NCBI RefSeq assembly: GCF_006345805.1
Contig: NC_042998.1
Location: 68,262,001-68,326,000 of the forward strand
Reading direction: 5' to 3'
Length of the DNA stretch: 64,000 nucleotides
Origin: Octopus sinensis
Lineage: Eukaryota
The notes beneath the pieces are model-generated. The model ran no database searches, was not told where the DNA came from, and saw nothing but the letters and a program-made list of their open reading frames with translations. This document shows, piece by piece, positions 55,638-64,000 of the stretch. A program made the translations under genes and the position numbers. Every line of letters begins with the position of its first letter. Within the stretch, counting starts at the first letter, position 1.

Positions 55638-55793
55638 TATTTCACTGTGGTAAGAAGATTGCTTTCCGGCCCCATGGTTCCAATTTCGATAACATCGATT
55701 GGCACCTTGGGTAAGTGTCTTCTACCATAACCTCGGGCCGACCAAAGACTTATGAGTGGATTTACTAGGCGGAAACTGAATGTAGCCTATCGC

Positions 55794-55828
<35 letters not shown>

Positions 55829-55899
55829 TGTCTGTGTGTGTGTCTGTGTCAGTGTCTGTGTCTGTGTCTGTGTGTGTTAAAATTACAATTAAGGGTATC

Positions 55900-56260
55900 T
55901 AAGAGATACCTCCATGCTAGAGACAGCAGTTAAACATGACTCTAAAACCACTTTATATATTCCTCTCTTCCTGTTTTCAATTTAACCATACTAATACACT
56001 CCCTATTTCTAGGTCATTTTAAATGCAAACCTTGACTCTGCAACACTGTATATAAATTCCTTACTGGGAATGACCAAGTTTAAATATCTACTGGATTTCA
56101 CTCATAAGGGAATATTACATTGCTTATAAACTCTATATTTGGAAGGACTCATATCAAACTCTGTTAGACATTTGGATTTTACTCAAAGGATATTGGAATA
56201 TTGCATGTATACCATTATACCTGTAAAACGGATTTACAAATTCAATACCCATACATATCT
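55900..56260 (+). mobile_element. Degenerate CR1-like 3' fragment
   Basis: YKFLTGNDQV...NSVRHLDFTQRILEY resembles the CR1 ORF2 C-terminus. Confidence 0.4.
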
Positions 56261-56467
56261 TACATCTATTTTCTTTCTTCCACCTCACTCTCTATTTTGT
56301 ATCACATCGAAACTAACTATGACTTAATTTTTCCTCTCACACTATCTCCAATGAAGGGATATTATTAATTAATATCCTAGAAGCAGCAGTAAGACCTATC
56401 TATAAATGGTCTAATATTTATACAGTCTTGGTTTTTATCTTATTACGCAAAAATTCTTATATATATA

Positions 56468-56512
<45 letters not shown>

Positions 56513-57059
56513 GTATGTATGTATATACAGTTTATCTATTCTGGCTATGATATCATTTTTAGTAATCTTAAATTTGATCTTCATACAACATAACAATATT
56601 GTTTATATACAATCATCCATTGTACTCCATAATTTCCTCTGTATTAACATCATAGGTTTTATTAGCGTCTTGCCCTTTTAACTGGTAATTAACATCTTGA
56701 TTTGGGGTTTTCCCCTACCCAGCCTCCTTTATAGATAGTTACTTATACATTTTCTAAATCCTGACAGTCTTTATGACCGTACCCAACCATAAACTGTCAA
56801 CTCACTCTGTCTATCCATTTTAAACAGACACTGTCCTCTAGCCTTAGATTTGGTAGTTGATAAAAAAAAGACTAATCAATTAAAAGTGAACCACAATCAT
56901 TTACAAGCTATGACCCTAACAAAATTCATACAGTTCTAAGAAGTGTAGTATATTCTGAATAACATTAGTAGCAACATGGACTTTCTCCCTCTTCTTGCTC
57001 TATTAAAGAATTTGAGTAAAATTATATTAATGTGTCCAACTGATTAAAGAATTTTATTT

Positions 57060-57146
57060 ATGCAGCTGAGGATAGCCAGCATTTAAATTGATGTAATGAT
57101 TGCATTGTTCAATTAAATGGAGCCGCTTGAAACGGTCGTACTCCAT
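57060..57146 (+). ncRNA. Hammerhead motif with long stem II, partly degenerate, downstream of a probable PLE endonuclease remnant (about 56560-57050)
   Basis: ATGCAG CTGAGGA ...CATTTAAATTGA..TCAATTAAATG... GAAA CGGTCG T A / CTCCAT; stem I 5 of 6 bp. Confidence 0.6.
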
Positions 57147-57399
57147 CACCTCTTTATATCCTGTTTCTTATTTTGATTATATATATAATGTAACAACATT
57201 ATATACGGAACCATGTAGTTGGAAAACAAACTTCTTATCATACTGTCACACCCGTGCCTATTGATTTGTTTATGTGTTTATTTATTTATCATTTTCTCCA
57301 ATTTGAGTTCTTAAACCATTATTCATTTGCTACCAACTCTTGATTGGGGTAGAAAACCATTTACAGTTCTACAAGATATTGCCCTCATCCACAACAGGG

Positions 57400-57935
57400 T
57401 TGGATGCATCAAGGAGGGGGTAAATATAATATGACAACATGACGAAGAACATGGGAACAGGGCAGCAAAGAGAAACGTCAGGCCTCCACCTGCTGGGATG
57501 ATGATTCGCCAATGGAGGAAGCAGGAGGAAGTAGGAGGAAGAATTTTTTTTTTAAGTGAATAAACAGAAGCATAATTTTCATAGGGTACTAACAAAATGG
57601 CCATACTTAGAAGAAAACTTAAAAACATGGATATTAGATCAAAGAAAATTGGAATATTGAGAGAATACGAAGATGATCATTTTCGTAACAAGAAGGTTGG
57701 CAGCAAACACAGGAGTGAATGATTTCAAAGGAACTGTTTGTTGCTGTTTACGTTTCATGAAGTGAAATGGCTTATGTCAGTGAGTCACTTGAAAGCTAGC
57801 TCAGAAAATACCTACAGAGTATGAAGATAAATATATGATTAATGTTTCAACACAGAGTTGTCCCAAAATGAATCGGATTGAGAATATGGATACAGTCCCT
57901 TTGACTTTTGATGTGCTGTCTAATAAAAGTGTAAA
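57400..57935 (+). mobile_element. pogo (POGK-like) DNA transposase fragment, truncated by a SINE
   Basis: EHGNRAAKR..PPP..MIRQWRKQEE (brinker-type DBD); KWPYLEENLKTWILDQR (CENP-B HTH); FMK*NGL; NMDTVPLTFDVLSNKSV (start of the DDE domain). Multiple frameshifts and stops. Confidence 0.8.
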
Positions 57936-57939
57936 TATA

Positions 57940-58096
57940 GGCGCAGGCGTGGCAGTGTGGTGAGAAGTTAAAGTTTCAACCACATGGTTCCGGGCTCAAT
58001 CCCACTGCGTGGTATTTTGGGCAAGTGTCTTCTACTATAAACTCGGGTCTCTGTGTTGTGTGTGTGTGCATGTGTGTGTGTGCATGTGTGTGTGTG

Positions 58097-58127
<31 letters not shown>

Positions 58128-58335
58128 CTTTATGTCTGTGTTTTCCTGCACCACTGCTACCAACCGGTGTTGGTGTATTAATGTCCCCGTAAATTAACGG
58201 TTCGGCAAAATTGACCAATAAAATATGTACCAGACTTTAAAATAAAAGTACTGTGGTCGATTTGTTGGACTAAAATTCTTGAAGGCGGTGCCCCAGCATG
58301 GCCGTAGTCTAATGACTGAAACAAGCAGAAGACAA
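57940..58335 (+). mobile_element. SINE family A, full length
   Basis: Head GGCGCAGGCGTGGC.GTGTGGT.AGAAG, B-box-like GGGCTCAATCCC, internal (TG)n, tail GGCGGTGCCCCAGCATGGCC. Confidence 0.9.
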
Positions 58336-58429
58336 AACATAAAACGGAGTGAAATCAAAGAGTGTTAAAACCACTGGAGATGACAAAATTCACTACAGAG
58401 TGATTTTTAACTGACGGAACCAAACCAAC

Positions 58430-58542
<113 letters not shown>

Positions 58543-58762
58543 GTGGTTTTGCTCAACAATAAGCATTAGCACTCTGCTGGTTTTCCTGCTAATTTTGTCC
58601 GATGACAGACATTTTAATGTGTGCACGCCGGCCACAATTCGATCATGTGATCTGGACGGTGGCATTATATTCTTTTCTTAGAATTACATTTCGAAAACCA
58701 ATGTGCGCCTCTTTTGATGCAGCGTTTATCATGCCAGAAAATGCGGCACATAAAAGTAAGTG

Positions 58763-58831
<69 letters not shown>

Positions 58832-58848
58832 GCATACGCGCGTGTAAC

Positions 58849-59177
58849 ATATGTAACATATGGTGTAATTATAAACAGGGCAAATTTTAGCCATTTATCC
58901 GCAGACTGAAAAAAAATGAAAAGCGTTAATCGATTTTCGAAACTTATTGGGCTCTCATCAGAGGCGTCCACATCAATCTGACATTCTTCTGAGAAACAAG
59001 CAGCCAAACTGCTTATATATTAAAAAAATGCAGCAGTTACTCTTTGAAGGAGTCGCTAATTTGCATACCGAAAGTGTTTAACACTCTATAAATACCAGCG
59101 GCTTGTCAACAGGGATCTTAGTCCACACAGTATCAAGGTATGATATAATAAATATGTAACATATGGTATAATTATAA
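58849..59177 (-). mobile_element. 303-nt terminally redundant element with a hammerhead motif (58923-58967)
   Basis: 26-nt direct repeat at 58849 and 59152. Minus strand CTGATGA GAGCC caataa GTTTC GAAA ATCGAT T A (AATCGATT palindrome); imperfect stems I and II. Confidence 0.6.
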
Positions 59178-59204
59178 CGGTAGGTACAATTATATATGTA
59201 GGTA

Positions 59205-59407
59205 TTACAGTTTATATTTAAGAGATGAGGAATTATGTACATTATTTATACTATTTACATTTGACGGATATTTGTCCTCATCTTGTTTGTTGTTAACACA
59301 ACGCTTCAGCTGATATACCCTCTAGCCTTCATAAGGTATCTTGGGGAAATTTCGAACCTGGGTTCTCATTCCTAAGGTATTTTTCGATGTTATGGTTGTT
59401 GTTGTTG

Positions 59408-59495
<88 letters not shown>

Positions 59496-59498
59496 TAC

Positions 59499-59529
<31 letters not shown>

Positions 59530-59590
59530 GTTATTATTATTATTCAGGTCACAAAATTCCGAGTTCGATTCCAGGCAGTGACCTTAATAA
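59205..59590 (-). mobile_element. One-armed copy of the 4770-5245 palindromic element, with a degenerate HHR
   Basis: High similarity to 4795-4955, plus the same central spacer in flipped orientation (59545-59584). Confidence 0.85.
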
Positions 59591-61329
59591 TAAATAGCGG
59601 TTGAACACTGCGGTCGATGTAATCAACTAAGACCCTCCCGCAAAATTTCGGACCTTGTGCCCACAACAGAATGGATTATTGCCGTTGTTGTCATTAATTA
59701 TTATCATCATCATCATCTATTATTTATTCCCGTGTAGTCGTTCGACAAAAGCTAGATAACGTCGGTGATCGTCGTCGTTGAACTAACTTTGCAATGGATG
59801 GATTTAATGTTTCTTTTCTGATGAACATTTCTTAAATTATTGAATTATTTTCCGTCTGTCAACCTGTCATGTCAGTGTCAATTTATTCATGTCTTGCCTT
59901 CCATACAAAATACGTAACAGATGAGTTTTAAGAGTCGTTCACAAATGAAGACAAAAACTAACCACACATACACACATATATTCTCTATTCTCTACTCTCT
60001 ACTTTCTTCATTATTGTTATTACTGTTGTTGCTTTTGTTGTTATTGTCTTATAAGAGCCTATAGCTATTCAGGAATTTGATATAACTGTTTATTTGACGG
60101 CAATTACGTAGACAGCTTGGGTTCATTGTTATGCATATACAATTATTTCTAAATTATAAGACACGTGACTTCTGTATTGCAGAACCTCTCGAGTAGACGT
60201 TGAGAAAATGTAGCAATCCTCTTTTCTCTTCGCTTTTCTTTCTCTTTTTTCTCTTTCTCTATGGTTCTTGTGTGATGTTACTTTATATATAAATAAATGA
60301 ATAATAGGTTTTCTTTTAAAATGCTTCTCTCCATAAATGACAGATAGACTTTATATCGAGTGAGATCGATGGATACTTTAATATATTGAGCTCTTGACGC
60401 AAATATCGATATGTGTTTGGGAACGTTTTTCACAACCAAGAGCTTACCGGTTCGATCCAAATGCACCGTATTCAGCAGATGTCGTTTATTATAGCTTTAA
60501 GTCGACCAGTGTTTTTTAAGCAAAACATTTCAGGCAGAAACTGTACAAAAGGCTTTCAGAAGAAACAGATAAGATGCTATAAATATATATTGATGTCAAA
60601 TTTTGGCATAAGGCCAGCAATTTCAGGGGAGGGGATAAGCTGATTATATCAAGCCTCAGTCATCAACTGGTACATCAACTGCTGTACTCTATCACCACTC
60701 TTTCTCTCACTCTTTCTTCTGTTGGCCTGCTCGCTTAGTCAGCGGGGTGGCGTCATTCGAATACTAAAACAATGCGAACGCATTGTGACCAGCGATGTGT
60801 AACAACATCTGATAGCCTGGTCGGTCACGGTGATCACGGTGATATACATTTAATATATATATATATATATATTATATAATAATTAACATATTTTATATAT
60901 TATATATATCCCTCTCCCCTCCCTCTCCTTCTCCCCTCCCTTCTCCTCCCCTTCCCCTTCTTCTCCTCCCCTCTCCTTCTTTCTCCTCCCCTCTCCTTTT
61001 CTTCTTCTCTCCTCTCCTTCCTTTCTCCTCTCCCTCCTCCTTATCCCCCCTCCCCCTCATCTCCCCTTCCCCTCTCCCTCTCCTCCCCCCTCTCCCCCTC
61101 ATCTCCTCTCTCTACTCTCCCCTCCTCCCCTCCTCTCTCTTCTCTCCCCCTCTCACTCTCCCCTACACCACACTACACTACACAATACGACATTACACAT
61201 CACATCATACATACATACATACACACGTCCAAACCACCAGCCCGCTTCCACGTGCACATACATACTCTCTTATGCACACACGCACCTTCAGGTTGGAGCG
61301 AGGTCACTTGACCCTGTTATCTCCCCTAC

Positions 61330-61635
61330 TATCCCTCTAGTGTCTAACGTCTGGCCTCTAACGTTTGACCTCCGATATCTGACTTCTGAAATCAGAACGC
61401 CATGTTGAATCGTTAGCCCCTACACGCAATTTTTTCTCTCCTTGTTTCTCTCTTTGTTTCTTTTCTGTGTATCTTTCTGTCGAAGAGCGTAGGCTCGAAA
61501 CGTAAAATACTTGTTTTATTTCTATTCCTGAGCGCCATACTAATACATTATTTGTTTGTACTCCACCTGCCTTCGTCTTTTGTTTATTTTCGTAAACCTG
61601 CCTTCGTCTTTTGTTTATTTTCATAAACCTTCCCC
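61330..61635 (+). mobile_element. PLE pseudo-LTR-like element with an HHR motif (61474-61507) and a ~31-bp tandem duplication
   Basis: TTT CTGTCGA A GAGC gtag GCTC GAAA CGT A / AAA; A6 is mutated; (TA)n follows. Confidence 0.65.
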
Positions 61636-61642
61636 TTATATA

Positions 61643-62060
61643 CTCTTTTACTCTTTTACTTGTTTCAGTCATTTGACTGCGGCCATGCTGGAGCACCGCC
61701 TTTAGTCGAGCAAATCGACCCCGGGACTTATTCTTTGTAAGCCCAGTACTTATTCTATCGGTCACTTTTTGCCGAACCGCTAAGTTACGGGAACGTAAAC
61801 ACACCAGCATCGGTTGTCAAGCAATGCTAGAGGGACAAACACAGACACACAAACGCATACACACACACAACACTATATATATATATATACATATATACGA
61901 CAGGCTTCTTTCAGTTTCCGTCTACCAAATCCACTCACAAAGGCCATTGGTCGGCCCGGGGCTATAGCAGAAGACACTTGCCCAAGATGCCACGCAGTGG
62001 GACTGAACCCGAACCATGTGGTTGGTTAGCAAGCTACTTATACCACACAGCCACTCCTGT
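61643..62060 (-). mobile_element. SINE family A, full length
   Basis: Near-consensus head, body and tail. Confidence 0.92.
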
Positions 62061-62066
62061 ATATAT

Positions 62067-62169
<103 letters not shown>

Positions 62170-62765
62170 AATATACTATTATATCTATATATTATATATA
62201 TAGATAGTCGTAGTAGTAACAGAAAATAGATATATATATATATATATATAAAACTTTCATCGGCCTGATTCTAAAGGTAAGAATCTTGGGTAATACTCTT
62301 ACCCAAGATACCACGCGGTGGGACTGAACCTGAAACTACGTGGTCAAGAAACAAACTTCTTACTATACAGCCACGCTTGCACCTATTGTTGTTGTTTCAG
62401 TTATTATTGTTATTTCTTATGTGTTCTGGTTGTTGCTGCTGTTGCTGTTCATTTCTTTCTCTTTACATTTAGATCTTAATTATTCCTTCCTTCCCCATCT
62501 TCTTTTTCTTCTTCGTCCTTTTCCTTCTTACACGTAACAATGCTTGTCCTTTCCTTTAAATTAGATTTTCTAAGACTTCTTTCTTCATTCATTCCAAGCA
62601 TCTCAATGACATTCCTAAGTCCTCTTCCAAACTCACCTTTACACTTATAATCCAAATAACCTTGAATTATTAGCAAATCTACTCAGCAACTTATCAATGC
62701 CGTTAAACAGAAGCATAACAGCTACCAACCTTATTATTTCCATCATATTATCGAAACTACTATAA

Positions 62766-63198
62766 GGTAGTGAGCGGGGGAAATGCTTAGCAGTATTTCG
62801 TCTATCTTTACGTTCTGAGATCAAATTACGCCGAGGTCGATTTTTGTCTTTCATTCTTTCGGGGTCGTTGGTCGTTAAATTAAATGCCAATTGTGTACTA
62901 GGGTTGATCTAATCGACTGGCCCCCTCCTCAAAAATTTCGGGACTTGTTCCTAGAGTAGAAAAGATTCTACAGCAATCTTTTGAGGCGGCGAGCTGGCAG
63001 AAACGTTAGCACGCCGAGTGAAATGCTTAGTAGTATTTCGTCTATGTTTACGTTCTGAGATCAAATTCCGCCGAGATAGATCTTTGTCGTTCACACTTTT
63101 GGGGTCGATAAATTAAGTACCAGTTGCTTACCGGGGTCGATCTAATCGACTGGCTCCCTCTCCTGAAATTTCGGGCCTTGTGCCTAGAATAGAAAAGA
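62766..63198 (+). mobile_element. Two tandem family B SINE copies
   Basis: 62766-62965 and 62983-63198 are colinear. Confidence 0.88.
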
Positions 63199-63418
63199 TT
63201 ATCAAAACTACTTCATTCCACAAATTCAATTCCTTCTTTTCTTGCTATATCTTTTATGTCTTACTTGCTTTGGTCATTAGAATGCAGCCATGCTGGGGCT
63301 CTGCCTTGAAGAATTTAGTTGAAGGATCGACCTCTGTGCTTATTTCTATTTAAGCCTAGTATATATATAATATATATAGACGCAAAATTCTAGTGAGTAG
63401 GATCCCAGAAAAACAGGG

Positions 63419-63490
63419 TCTCACTGAAGAATTCTCCCTGGGCAAATAAATTATCTTTATTGCTGAAAAGAAAGAAACTGCAGTCTGAGA
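63419..63490 (+). ncRNA. Type I hammerhead ribozyme, intact core (copy 1)
   Basis: TCTCA CTGAAGA A TTCT..GCAAATAAA ttatc TTTATTGC..AGAA A GAAA CTGCAG T C / TGAGA; 5-bp stem I, ACTGCAGT palindrome, GUC site. Confidence 0.87.
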
Positions 63491-63816
63491 ATTTACCGGT
63501 TTAGTAAATGTTTTTATCTTCATTTCACTTAATTTATCAAGCTTCTGTATTCCTAGCACATATTTCGCCTTAATGTACTGATATATGAAAAATATATGGC
63601 TTGTGTTAGTAATACCAGCGATTATAATTATTTTTATTTTATCGCAATTTGATTTGTTTACATATTTCTCGATATAATTATGAGCGCCAGGCGATATACC
63701 AGAATTCCCTAGTGTTGTCGGGACGTTCGGAGTCTGCGCAGTGATATGATTAGTTAGGAAGAGTAAATCATTAGACGCACATGCTTCTAGTGAGTTAGGA
63801 TCCCAGAAAAACAGGG

Positions 63817-63887
63817 TCTCACTGAAGAATTCTCCCTGGGCAAATAAATTATCTTATTGCTGAAAAGAAAGAAACTGCAGTCTGAGA
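63817..63887 (+). ncRNA. Type I hammerhead ribozyme, intact core (copy 2)
   Basis: Same as 63419-63490 except one T is missing in distal stem II. Confidence 0.87.
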
Positions 63888-64000
63888 ATTTACCGGTTAG
63901 TAAATGTTTTTATCTTCATTTCACTTAATTTATCAAGCTTCTGTATTCCTAGCACATATTTCGCCTTAATGTACTGATATATGAAAAATATATGGCTTGT

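Larger units (their letters stand above)
63377..64000 (+). mobile_element. Tandem 397-nt units, each with an HHR (retrozyme-like); runs off the window end
   Basis: 63377-63610 is repeated almost identically at 63772-64000; starts directly after (TA)n. Confidence 0.85.

Noticed and set aside
57940-58015. tRNA-like sequences at SINE heads
   Set aside because: They have no complete cloverleaf and run directly into SINE bodies; not tRNA genes.

Overview
Metazoan non-coding genomic DNA, very probably from an Octopus species (inference from the SINE families and the microsatellite load). It is AT-rich and saturated with (TA)n, (GATA)n, (TAA)n, (GAA)n and (CT)n tracts. Most of the rest is tRNA-derived SINEs, LINE remnants (CR1, R4/Dong including one near full-length copy, HERO, Tx1, I/Jockey-like), Penelope-like elements (PLEs) and a pogo transposase fragment, with one 100-N gap. 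No host gene is supported, and most ORF-track entries are microsatellite artefacts. The main hidden signal is RNA-level: reading both strands by eye I find about 16 minimal type I hammerhead ribozyme (HHR) motifs of roughly ten families (CTGANGA, stem II, GAAA, palindromic stem III, NUH, short stem I). Two related non-coding tandem units (397 nt at 63.4-64.0 kb; 433 nt at 39.8-40.4 kb) each carry paired HHRs with intact cores and share an upstream motif. This is the architecture of circRNA-producing non-LTR retrozymes or non-autonomous PLE derivatives. Others lie in inverted pairs or downstream of PLE GIY-YIG coding remnants. All alignments and folds were done by eye; repeat boundaries are approximate.
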